From contig CAVSHR010000009.1 of assembly GCA_963727625.1 (NCBI GenBank), positions 192,001 through 256,000 of the forward strand: a stretch of 64,000 nucleotides of DNA, read 5' to 3'. The number at the start of each line of letters is the position of its first letter. The first letter of the stretch is position 1. Source of the DNA: an uncultured delta proteobacterium (GTDB taxonomy: Bacteria > Desulfobacterota > Binatia > UBA9968). A program made the translations under genes and the position numbers. Of the stretch, positions 40,139 to 49,324 are shown piece after piece. Under the pieces are notes generated by a model. The model had not been told where the DNA came from. It did not search any database and worked only from the letters and a program-made list of their open reading frames with translations.

Positions 40139-41212
40139 ATGTTGGTGAAAATTATTCTTGCGCTGTTTTGCGTATGCATGGCGCCGGACGCTTCGACGGT
40201 ATCGTTCGCAGCCCAGACTCAGCCGAAGACCCTGGCCGAGCTGGCACTTTACCAAGGCGCGGATCGCGACAAGATCCTTCTCGAAGGCGCAAAAAAAGAA
40301 GGGGAGCTCACCTTCTACACCTCGAACACTTGGGTCGCCGGTCCGGTCTCTCGAGAGTTCGAGAAAAAATACCCTTTCATCAAAACCAACGTCTGGCGCA
40401 GCGACTCCAAGTCATTATTGCGGCGGCTGAGCGAAGAACACGCCGCCGGCAAGTTTCTTGCCGACGTGGTCGAAACCAGCCCTGAATATGTGACGATTTT
40501 GGTCCGAAACAGCATGCTCCAGGACCACTTCTCGCCGGAGCTGCGCTTTTATGACGACGATGCCAAAGTAAAAGGTAAAAACGGCGTGCTGGCCTGGACT
40601 AACAGGGAAATTTATATCAGCTTGGGATACAATACCAAGCTCATTCCTCCCGCCGAAGCGCCCAAGACATTAAACGACTACCTCGATTCAAAGTGGAGAG
40701 GAAAAATGGCCATCGCAGGCACGACCACCGGCACTCGATGGGTCGGCGCCGTCTTGGAAGCGAAGGGGCGCGAGTTCTTGAAAAAACTCAGCGCCCAGGA
40801 AATCCGCGTGCAAAACATGTCTGGCGCGGCCTTGTCCGGTCTGGTCGCCTCCGGCGAAGTGCCGCTGTCGCCGACGATTTTCAATTCCAACGTTTTCACC
40901 CATAAACGGAAAAACGCGCCGATAGACTGGCGGCCCATCGATCCCGTCATCGCCGGCGTCGGCAGCTCAGGATTGATCGTCAACGCGCCCCACCCGCACG
41001 CGGCGCTGCTGTTTCTCGACTATCTCCATTCAAAAGTCGGCCAGCAAGTGGCGATGAAAGGTGGGCTCAGCTCGGCGCGCAGCGACATCGGCTCGCTGGA
41101 GAAAAAATTTAAAAAACTCTATTTGGAAAGCAAATTTACGCCCGAGGAATTCGAAAAGAAATTCAACGAGTGGGAAGGCCTTTTGCGCGAACTCTTCATC
41201 CGCAAGCACTGA
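40139..41212 (+). CDS. ABC extracellular solute-binding protein
   Basis: Signal peptide; YQGADRD, GAKKEG.L.FYTS, APHPHAALLF; paralog of 6124 and 12353. Confidence 0.85.
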   Translation: MLVKIILALFCVCMAPDASTVSFAAQTQPKTLAELALYQGADRDKILLEGAKKEGELTFYTSNTWVAGPVSREFEKKYPFIKTNVWRSDSKSLLRRLSEEHAAGKFLADVVETSPEYVTILVRNSMLQDHFSPELRFYDDDAKVKGKNGVLAWTNREIYISLGYNTKLIPPAEAPKTLNDYLDSKWRGKMAIAGTTTGTRWVGAVLEAKGREFLKKLSAQEIRVQNMSGAALSGLVASGEVPLSPTIFNSNVFTHKRKNAPIDWRPIDPVIAGVGSSGLIVNAPHPHAALLFLDYLHSKVGQQVAMKGGLSSARSDIGSLEKKFKKLYLESKFTPEEFEKKFNEWEGLLRELFIRKH

Positions 41213-41226
41213 GCGAACGAAACGGG

Positions 41227-41859
41227 ATGCCGCACAAGGTTCTCATCACCGGCGCCAACGGCTTTATCGGCTCGCACACGACCAAGCTGATGGAGCGCCT
41301 TTGCCACAAAGTCGTGCCCCTCGACGTAGTGCCACGCTCACCGGATTTGTTGCTGCTGGCCGTCAAAACGCCCAGCCAGATTATGAATGTAACCGACACG
41401 GCGGCATTCCGCGGGCTTTGCGATAAAAAGCGACCCATTCACGTTTTTCATGCCGCGCACCCGCCCCGGAACGAAGCTCCCTCCGTGATCAATTTTTGCT
41501 ATCAAGCGATGACGAACATTCTCGAAACGGCAATAGAATTCGGCATGAAACGCATCGTCTATTCGAGCTCCGCATCGATTTACGGCCAGCTTAACAAACC
41601 GGACGGAAGCCTGGTCAGGGAAGACGACGCGGTAACGATTTATCCGACCTATTTCTATCGTGCCGCGAAGACCGTTTCCGAATGGATGGGCAATTTTTAC
41701 AAAGAGAAACACGGCGTTGACTTCGTCGCGCTCAGGTATTCGTCGGTTTGCGGACCGGGGTTATATTGAAGCATTCCGCTTGAATTGAAAGCGGATCTTG
41801 AATCAAAGTTTGCCCGATGGGAGGGTTTAATGCGCCAGCTTTTCATGCAAAAAAGATAG
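41227..41859 (+). pseudogene. Truncated NAD-dependent epimerase/dehydratase fused to a binding-protein C-terminal remnant
   Basis: TGANGFIG, YRAAK, LRY..V.GPG then TGA 41767; the frame continues into LESKFARWEGLMRQLF, similar to the end of 40139..41212. Confidence 0.65.
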
Positions 41860-41901
41860 CTGTCCGGTCGGCGCGAAAATCCAAAAGGAGCAACCGAATT
41901 T

Positions 41902-43545
41902 ATGAAGCCCCATCCATTACCCTATCCGAGCTTGGTTCTCTATAACGGCAAGGTCCGCACCTTCGCGAGCGAAAATTTGATTTGCGAAGCCGTTGCTTGT
42001 GCCGGGTCGCGCATCGTCGCCATCGGCAGCTCGGATGAAATGCGCCGTCTGGCCGGACCGGAGACTCAGGCAATCGACCTCAAGGGCCGCACCGCGATCC
42101 CAGGCTTGACCGATACTCACGTGCATCTTTCTGAAAAAGGCACGGCGGAAATGGCGCTCGTCGATTGCCGGGACTTCTACGTCAACGTCGACTCGGTCGC
42201 CGACATTCTGCAACGGCTGGCCAATGCCGCTGCAAACTCGCCTAAGGGTTCGTGGATCGTTGCTCACGGCAGCCCGATGCAGGATTTTCGCCTCACCGAT
42301 AAACGTTTTCCCAACAAGCATGATCTTGATCGCGTCGTGCCGGACCATCCGGTTTCCATTTCCTTCGGCGCGCATATCACCATCGCTAACACTCCGGCCT
42401 TGGCAGCGGCCAAGATCACTCGCGATACACGCGACCCCGCAGGCGGCCACATCAAACGTGATTCCCAAACTGGCGAGCCCACGGGAGAATTGCACGAACG
42501 CGCCCAGTTGATCGTCAAGAAAGTTGCTCCCGAGTTTAACTATCTCCAGCTAAAGGATGGCATCGTCTTCGCGCTCAACCAGTGTCTTGAACGCGGCGTC
42601 ACCACGGTTCACGACATCGTGCGCTATGCGGAGCCGGTGCGTGCTTATCAGGAGCTCCACAAAGAAGGCCGCATGCACGCTCGGGTGAGCATCCTGCCGC
42701 GCGTGATCGAGTCGATGATCGAGTCGAAAAGCCTGATTGAGCTCGGCCTGATCACCGGCTTCGGCAACGAGTGGCTGCGGGTGGGCGGCGTAAAGATGAG
42801 CATCGATGGCGGCATCACCGGACGCAACGCCTGCTTTTACGACCCATACGAAGACGATGAACACAATCACGGTATCATTCGCATCCAGCAGGATGAATTG
42901 AACAACACCGTGCAGAAGTGCCACGAAGCCGGCCTGCGCTGCTGCGTGCACGCGATCGGCGACCGCGCCTTCGACATGGCGCTCGATGCCTATGACAAAG
43001 CGATTGCGAATTCGCCGCGAAAAGATCATCGCCACCGTATCGAACACATGGGCAACTGGCTGTGCACGCCGGAAAGAATGCAGCGCATGGTGCGTTCCGG
43101 CATCGTCGCCATACCGAATATCGCCATCGGTTATTACGTCGGCGACGCGATTCTCGATTGCGTCGGCGAAAAGCGTCTAACCAAGGCTTTTCCGTTCCGT
43201 ACCTTACTCAAGAACGGCGTGGTCATCGCAGGCGGCTCGGACTCGCCGGGCTACTGGCCTGTCGATCCGTTGCGCGATATCGCCGCCTGCGCATCCCGCA
43301 AGATGCGCTGGGGCGAAGTGTGGGTGCCGGAAGAACGGATCAGCGTCGCCGAAGCGTTCGCCATGCACACGACCACCGCTTCGTGGGTCGGTTTCGAGGA
43401 AAATGAAAAGGGCAGCCTCGAAGTGGGCAAGCTCGCGGATATCGCCGTGCTTGCCGAGGATCCGTTCGAGATCGATGCGGAACAAATTAGAGATCTTAAA
43501 GTCGAAATGACCCTGGTGGGCGGCGAGATAAAATATCGGGCCTAA
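41902..43545 (+). CDS. Amidohydrolase_3 (YtcJ-like) metal-dependent hydrolase
   Basis: PGLTDTHVH, K..DGG, HAIGD, HRIEH, GSDSP, GKLAD. Confidence 0.9.
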   Translation: MKPHPLPYPSLVLYNGKVRTFASENLICEAVACAGSRIVAIGSSDEMRRLAGPETQAIDLKGRTAIPGLTDTHVHLSEKGTAEMALVDCRDFYVNVDSVADILQRLANAAANSPKGSWIVAHGSPMQDFRLTDKRFPNKHDLDRVVPDHPVSISFGAHITIANTPALAAAKITRDTRDPAGGHIKRDSQTGEPTGELHERAQLIVKKVAPEFNYLQLKDGIVFALNQCLERGVTTVHDIVRYAEPVRAYQELHKEGRMHARVSILPRVIESMIESKSLIELGLITGFGNEWLRVGGVKMSIDGGITGRNACFYDPYEDDEHNHGIIRIQQDELNNTVQKCHEAGLRCCVHAIGDRAFDMALDAYDKAIANSPRKDHRHRIEHMGNWLCTPERMQRMVRSGIVAIPNIAIGYYVGDAILDCVGEKRLTKAFPFRTLLKNGVVIAGGSDSPGYWPVDPLRDIAACASRKMRWGEVWVPEERISVAEAFAMHTTTASWVGFEENEKGSLEVGKLADIAVLAEDPFEIDAEQIRDLKVEMTLVGGEIKYRA

Positions 43546-43559
43546 GTGAGTCTTCTTAT

Positions 43560-44102
43560 CTACCTCGCTCGGCCGACACTGACAAAGGGGCGGTGCGACT
43601 GGCGCTCCGTCGCCAGATTGATTTTCTTGCGTTGTTTGTAGATGTGGATGCACAGCTCCTCGATCGTCGTCGGTAGGGATTCGTTGGTCTCGGCACCTGT
43701 TTGGATTGGTTCCCACTGCACGGTTATCGACTGGATCCTATCCGATTGATCCTGCCAAGAGACACGCAAAAGCCTGCCGTGCAAGCGATCGACATAATTT
43801 CCGGCGAGGCGAAAAATCTGCGATAGGCTCAACAGATCGGGAGGATCGAAAAACGGCCTCCGCTTCCCGCGCCCGGCCGCATCCAGGCGCTGCAGATCTT
43901 CCGGCGTGTAATGTTTCTCGTGGTCCAGCGTCATCGAAGTGCCACGGTTCCACGCCTGGACCACGAGATCGTCCCCGTGAATTTTGATTTCCACCGCCTT
44001 GAGTTGCATCTGCTCGAGCGACTGCCCGACGCAGCGAAGAATCGAGGCATAGCGCAATTTTTTCGGCGCCAGTCCGATTGCGGAAAGAGCTTTTGTTGTC
44101 AT
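43560..44102 (-). CDS. Hypothetical protein with a possible internal duplication
   Basis: 180 aa ORF; two similar LRxxGxxxD/E segments; start uncertain. Confidence 0.55.
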   Translation of the reverse strand: MTTKALSAIGLAPKKLRYASILRCVGQSLEQMQLKAVEIKIHGDDLVVQAWNRGTSMTLDHEKHYTPEDLQRLDAAGRGKRRPFFDPPDLLSLSQIFRLAGNYVDRLHGRLLRVSWQDQSDRIQSITVQWEPIQTGAETNESLPTTIEELCIHIYKQRKKINLATERQSHRPFVSVGRAR

Positions 44103-44242
44103 GTTGCTACAAGCGAGCAACGATTATGCCAAATAATACCGCCGAGAGATCCTTCAATTTCCCAAAAATTATCGACTTGCTGTGCAAAATTGTCCTTCGA
44201 CTCACTAAACTCGTCATAGCTCGGAATGACTCTGCCCAAATA

Positions 44243-44280
44243 AAAAAATCGCCCCGTCGCTGGCGCTGGGGCGATTTTTT
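44243..44280. terminator. Rho-independent terminator (bidirectional shape)
   Basis: AAAAAATCGCCCC...GGGGCGATTTTTT downstream of 44315..45847. Confidence 0.8.
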
Positions 44281-44314
44281 ATTCGAAAACTTGCCGACGG
44301 AATATATATTCGGA

Positions 44315-45847
44315 TCAGCGGATTTTCATTTCCGCCGCCAAAATGCGCTCTCCGGGCTTGGCCTTCCACTCGATATTGTTTGCGACACCGTAAATTTCCG
44401 CCAGCTGATACAGCGGTACCAATGGCGCATCATCCATCAGGATTTTACCGGCCTCTTGCATCAGCGCAATGCGCTTTTTCATGTCGCCGGTTCTTTGCTC
44501 TTCCTCAATCAATTTGTCGAACTCGGCATTCTTATACATTAGCCGTTTGGTGACGCCGGAATGAAAGTACTGGTCATACACGGTATCGGCGTCGATCGCC
44601 GGACGGCCGACATAATAAAAAGGAAGCTTGCCGCCGTTGACACCCTCCTTGCCCCAGAAAACAATGAATTCTTGTGCGATCAGCTCGGCCTTCACCCCGG
44701 CTTTGCTCAACTGAGCGGCGATCACTTGGCACACCTCCTTTGCCTTGGGATACCGGTCCGGCGAAAGATAGAGCTTGACATTCAGACCGTTCGGATATCC
44801 GGCCTTGGCCAACAATTCTTTAGCTTTTGCCGGGTCCACGGCATACCGTTTCGTGTTCGGGTCCACGCCGATCACGTTGGATGCTACGGGACCGTCCATC
44901 AGATAGCCGTTCCCTTCATAGATGTGTTTGATGATCACCGAAGGATCGATGGCATAATTGAATGCCTGGCGCACCAGTTTGTTATCGAAAGGTTTGTACG
45001 CCGGATTGAGCACGAGAAAGTACATGCGCTGTCCTTGCGCCTTTTCAATCCGCAGCCGTGGATTTGCTTTGATTCGGGAAATCTCTTCCACCGGAACATT
45101 GTTGATGACGTCGCCCTGGCCCGCGAGCAAACCTGAAACCCGCGCGGCATCCTCTTTGACTTTTTGGGTGACGATTTCCTTGATGTCCGGTTTTGGTCCC
45201 CAATAATCGTCGTTGCGCGTCAGCACCATTGGGCTGCTGCGATCCCAGCTGACGAATTTATAGGGGCCGGTGCCGATCGGATGCTGATCGACTTCGGCGC
45301 CGTACTTATCGGCGGCGGCTTTGCTGATCATAAACCGATTGGTTAGACGGTCGAGCATGACCGCATTGGGCACCTTGGTGGTGATCACCACGGTGAGATC
45401 ATCCTGTGCTTTGACTTCGGTAATGTCCTTCAGCCCCGACTTCTGCAAGCTCTTCGGGTCCTTCTTAATCCGGTTGATCGAATGGACCACGTCCTTGGCC
45501 GTGAACGGCGATCCATCGTGAAAGCGCACGCCCTTTTTAAGATGGAATGCCCATTGTTTTCCCTTGAACTCCCATGACTCGGCCAGCACCCCGACGTAGT
45601 CCATCTTGTCATAATCTTCCTGGACCAACCCTTCGAGCATGTGGTTCCAAATGCCGTATTGAGGGCTCGATGTGTATGCGTAGGGATGCAACGAATCCAA
45701 GCTCACGCTGCTCAAAATCGTCAAACGCTCCTTCGACGCCGAATAACTCAGTTTCGGCCATGCCCCGGCTGCCCACGCCGTTAGTCCTGCGAGCGCGCTG
45801 CGCTTGAGAAAGTCACGACGATTAATTCCATTCCATTTCGAAGACAT
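44315..45847 (-). CDS. Family 5 (peptide/nickel) ABC substrate-binding protein, Tat-exported
   Basis: NRRDFLK Tat motif; GVRFHDG.PFTAKDV; PIGTGPYKF. Confidence 0.9.
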   Translation of the reverse strand: MSSKWNGINRRDFLKRSALAGLTAWAAGAWPKLSYSASKERLTILSSVSLDSLHPYAYTSSPQYGIWNHMLEGLVQEDYDKMDYVGVLAESWEFKGKQWAFHLKKGVRFHDGSPFTAKDVVHSINRIKKDPKSLQKSGLKDITEVKAQDDLTVVITTKVPNAVMLDRLTNRFMISKAAADKYGAEVDQHPIGTGPYKFVSWDRSSPMVLTRNDDYWGPKPDIKEIVTQKVKEDAARVSGLLAGQGDVINNVPVEEISRIKANPRLRIEKAQGQRMYFLVLNPAYKPFDNKLVRQAFNYAIDPSVIIKHIYEGNGYLMDGPVASNVIGVDPNTKRYAVDPAKAKELLAKAGYPNGLNVKLYLSPDRYPKAKEVCQVIAAQLSKAGVKAELIAQEFIVFWGKEGVNGGKLPFYYVGRPAIDADTVYDQYFHSGVTKRLMYKNAEFDKLIEEEQRTGDMKKRIALMQEAGKILMDDAPLVPLYQLAEIYGVANNIEWKAKPGERILAAEMKIR

Positions 45848-45980
45848 GATTACCTCCTCTTTACGCGGCTGGGTTTTCCGTCACGGCTTCGCTATCGGAA
45901 AAACGGCCCCGCGCGGCTTATTTTGATTGGATCCAGACATGAACTTACCCCAACCAAGTCCTAAGTCCAGACCCTTAGCG

Positions 45981-46534
45981 CTATGGAAAAAATTTTATCC
46001 GGGGGGGGGCGGGCGGGTATCGCGGACGGTATCCGCATCCGCCGCCGGACGGCCGACGTAATAGAAGGGGCATCTTACCTCCGTTGACGCCGTCTTTGCC
46101 CCAAAAAATAACGAACTCCTGCGAGACAAGCTCGGTCTTTATGCCGGCTTTCGCCAATTGATCGGCGATAACCTGGCACACGTCCTGCGCCGTGAACGGA
46201 GCGCCGTCGTGAAAGCGGATGTTCTTGCGCAGCTTAAACACCCATATTTTGCCCTGAAAATCCCATGACTGGGCGAGCACGCCGAAATAATCTCTTTGGG
46301 CGTAGTTCACCTCGACCAACGGTTCGACCATGTTGTTCCAGATGCCGCACTGCGGGCTGGAGCTATGCGCGTACGGGTGCAGCGTGTCTAAACCGATACT
46401 GCTAAGAATCGTCAGGCGTTTTCTTGATGCGGCGTAGCTCGTTTTGACGAACGTGCCGCCCAATGCGGCGCTGAGCCCCAAGAAAGCACTCTTCTTCAAG
46501 AAATCGCGACGATGGATATCCGGTGTGAACTCAT
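45981..46534 (-). pseudogene. Deleted and frameshifted family 5 binding-protein paralog
   Basis: HRRDFLKK out of frame with the ATG; FTAQDV joined directly to CQVIA (roughly 260 aa missing versus neighbours); ends near a G run. Confidence 0.8.
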
Positions 46535-46593
46535 AGCCCCCCTCCTTGGATTACGTTCAACGACTCTCTGAGCGCGAAATTTGCGGACTTGTT

Positions 46594-48132
46594 TTATTTA
46601 ATTTTCATGTCCCAAGCCAGCACTTTCTCGTCCGGTCGTTTCTTCCAAACTAAGTTCTTCGCCACGCCGTAAATATCGGCGAGGTTGTACAGCGGTATGA
46701 ATGTCGCTTCGTCCATGATGATCTTACCGGCCTTTTGCAACAACGGAACGCGCGTCTTTGGGTCCGGTGTTTGCTGCTGTGCTTCGATGATTTGATCGAG
46801 CTCCGGATTGCTGTAATTGGTCCGTTTCGTCGTTCCCGTGCGAAAATACTGATCATAAAGCGTATCGGCGTCCGTGAGCGAGCCGCGCCCGATGTAATAG
46901 AACGGCAAGCCGCCGCCATTAACGCCCTGTTTGCCCCAGAAAAGCGCCCACTCCTGGGATATCAGCTCGACGCGAAAGCCGCCTTTGACCATTTGCGCGG
47001 CCAGCACCTGGCACACCTCCCGGTCTTTCGGATATCGTCCGGCGGAATAATAGAGTTGGATATCACAACCGTTGGGAAACCCGGCTTGCGCCAACAGCGC
47101 CCTGGCTTTTTGCGGATCGTAGGGATAGCGTTTGAGTTTGGGATCGGAGCCGACCACGTTGGAACCGACCGGACCGTTGCACGTATAACCCGCGCCGTCA
47201 AAAATGTTTTTGACGATCGTCGGGGCATTGACGCTGTAGTTTGCCGCCCGGCGCACCAAGGGGTTGTCCCAGGGCTTATGCGCCACGTTGAAGGCAAGAA
47301 AGAACATCCGCAAACCTTCGACCTTGTCGATCCGCAGGCGCGGATGTTTTTGCAAACGCGCGACCTCGTGGATTGGCACGTTGTTGACAAAATCCGCCTG
47401 GCCGGACTCCAGCGCGGCCAAACGCGCGGCGTCCTCAGTGACCTTGCGAAAGATCACCTCCTTGATTGCCGCCTTGCCGCCCCAGTACTCGTCATTGCGG
47501 GTAAAAACCATATTGCCACCGCGCTGGTAGCTGACAAATTTATACGGTCCGGTGCCAATCGGATTGTCGTAGAGCTTATCGCCGAATTTCTCGCCGGCGA
47601 TGTGACTGAGAATGAATCGGTTCTCGATGCGATCGAGAAAAATGGCCAGCGGTTTTTTGGTGACGAACACCACCGTCAGTTCGTCCGGAGTTTGAATTTC
47701 CACTACGTCCTTGAAATTCGGCGCCTGCAAACTGCCCCCCTTGGTGTCGCGCATTTTCGCGACCGAAAATACCACGTCCTTGGAAGTCAGCGGCGCACCG
47801 TTATGAAACTTGATTCCCTTTTTGAGTTTGAAAACCCACTTGTTGCCTTGAAACTGAAAAGACTCGGCAAGAACACCGACGTATGCTTTTTTCTGGTAGT
47901 CAAAATCGATGAGCGGTTCCATGATATGTTGCCAGTCGCCGTAGATCGGACTGGAGCTGTGATTGTACGGATGGATCGAGTCGGCGACGCTACTATGGTA
48001 GATCGTCACCCGATCGCGGGACGCGCCGTACGCCTGCCGCGAAAAAGACGGCGCAGCCAGCGCGCCTGCGCCAAAAATCACGCTTCGCTTTAAGAAGTTC
48101 CGTCGGTCAAGGTTAATCTTCCTGTCGCCCAT
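46594..48132 (-). CDS. Family 5 ABC substrate-binding protein, Tat-exported
   Basis: DRRNFLK; GIKFHNG.PLT..DV; PIGTGPYKF. Confidence 0.9.
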   Translation of the reverse strand: MGDRKINLDRRNFLKRSVIFGAGALAAPSFSRQAYGASRDRVTIYHSSVADSIHPYNHSSSPIYGDWQHIMEPLIDFDYQKKAYVGVLAESFQFQGNKWVFKLKKGIKFHNGAPLTSKDVVFSVAKMRDTKGGSLQAPNFKDVVEIQTPDELTVVFVTKKPLAIFLDRIENRFILSHIAGEKFGDKLYDNPIGTGPYKFVSYQRGGNMVFTRNDEYWGGKAAIKEVIFRKVTEDAARLAALESGQADFVNNVPIHEVARLQKHPRLRIDKVEGLRMFFLAFNVAHKPWDNPLVRRAANYSVNAPTIVKNIFDGAGYTCNGPVGSNVVGSDPKLKRYPYDPQKARALLAQAGFPNGCDIQLYYSAGRYPKDREVCQVLAAQMVKGGFRVELISQEWALFWGKQGVNGGGLPFYYIGRGSLTDADTLYDQYFRTGTTKRTNYSNPELDQIIEAQQQTPDPKTRVPLLQKAGKIIMDEATFIPLYNLADIYGVAKNLVWKKRPDEKVLAWDMKIK

Positions 48133-48160
48133 GCATTCCTCCTGAAAAATCTCAAAACAC

Positions 48161-49027
48161 CTACCGCTGCCGTCTTAGTTTCGGATCGAAAATGTCGCGC
48201 AAGCCGTCGCCTAGCAAATTTATCCCGAAAACGGTGATAAAAATCGCCAAGCCCGGAAATATCGTCAGCCAGGGCGCGCGATTGATGTAGCTCCGTCCTT
48301 CGCTCAACATCGAACCCCAAGTGGGAATATGAACCGGCACGCCCAAACCGAGAAAGCTTAAGCTCGCTTCGGTAATGATGACAATGGCCATAGCGAAGGT
48401 CGCTATGACAGTAACGCTGGCAAAAGTATTCGGCACCACATGGCGAAAAATCACATACCAATCCTTGCCGCCGAGGGCCTTGGCCGCGGTGACAAAATCG
48501 CGCTCTCGAATCGAGAGCACCTCGCCGCGCACAACGCGGCAGAACTGCACCCACCGGCTCAGCATCAACGCCATAATCAAATTGCCGACACCTTGGCCGA
48601 AAAACGCCATGATCGCGATCGCGATCAGTAAAAATGGGAAGGCGAGAAAAATCTCTGAGATTTTACTGATAATCTCATCGGCCGTTTTGCCGAAATAGCC
48701 GGCGACGGCGCCGAGCGTACAGCCGAGCAGTCCCGCAAAGATTACCGTCGCTGCGCCGACCAACAAAGAAATCCGGGATCCATAGATGATACGGCTGAGC
48801 ATGTCTCTGCCAAGATTGTCGGTGCCGAGCAAATAAGCCGGCGAGCCGTTTTCAGACCAGCGCGGCGGGCGCAACCGATCTTCCAAAGTTTGCGCTTGGG
48901 GGTCGCGCGGCGCGAGCAAAGGCGCGGCGACTCCGCAAACAAAGAGCAGCACCAAAATCGCCCCCCCAACCCAGACTTTTAAATGGCGCAAGCTAATCAT
49001 GACGATTTGCCGGTCCAAGTGTGACAA
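48161..49027 (-). CDS. dppC: Dipeptide/oligopeptide ABC permease DppC/OppC
   Basis: LGTDNLGRD.LSRIIYG.R.SL; EA.LSFLGLG; NLLGDGLRD..DP. Confidence 0.88.
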   Translation of the reverse strand: MSHLDRQIVMISLRHLKVWVGGAILVLLFVCGVAAPLLAPRDPQAQTLEDRLRPPRWSENGSPAYLLGTDNLGRDMLSRIIYGSRISLLVGAATVIFAGLLGCTLGAVAGYFGKTADEIISKISEIFLAFPFLLIAIAIMAFFGQGVGNLIMALMLSRWVQFCRVVRGEVLSIRERDFVTAAKALGGKDWYVIFRHVVPNTFASVTVIATFAMAIVIITEASLSFLGLGVPVHIPTWGSMLSEGRSYINRAPWLTIFPGLAIFITVFGINLLGDGLRDIFDPKLRRQR

Positions 49028-49324
49028 TCACTCCTTGGATCAGGCCGTAACCACGACCCCATCGACCGTGGTATGGGAAAATTGATGCTCCTTATATAGT
49101 CCGAAAGGGCAGCCGTCTCAACCACTATCCGAGCCTTTCGTCCTACAAAAGGCCCGCGGCTCAAGACCTAAATTAGCAGATCTTGTGCTCACTGGACAAA
49201 GCGTCGGAAACTGCGCGTGCGGGCGCGCCCACCCTGTTGCGGCGGCGTTCAGCAAAGACCGTGGATTACGCTAAACGAGTTTGAGCTAGGGAAAACGAGC
49301 CATGGGTCGCAGGGCAGTGAAACA

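Noticed and set aside
41767-41800. TGA followed by a hairpin in the epimerase as possible Sec insertion
   Set aside because: The hairpin loop is only about 13 nt from the UGA, the position is not a catalytic Cys in SDRs, and the downstream sequence belongs to a different gene.
46001-46009. G9 homopolymer as a phase-variation switch
   Set aside because: It lies at the broken end of a pseudogene already inactivated by deletion.
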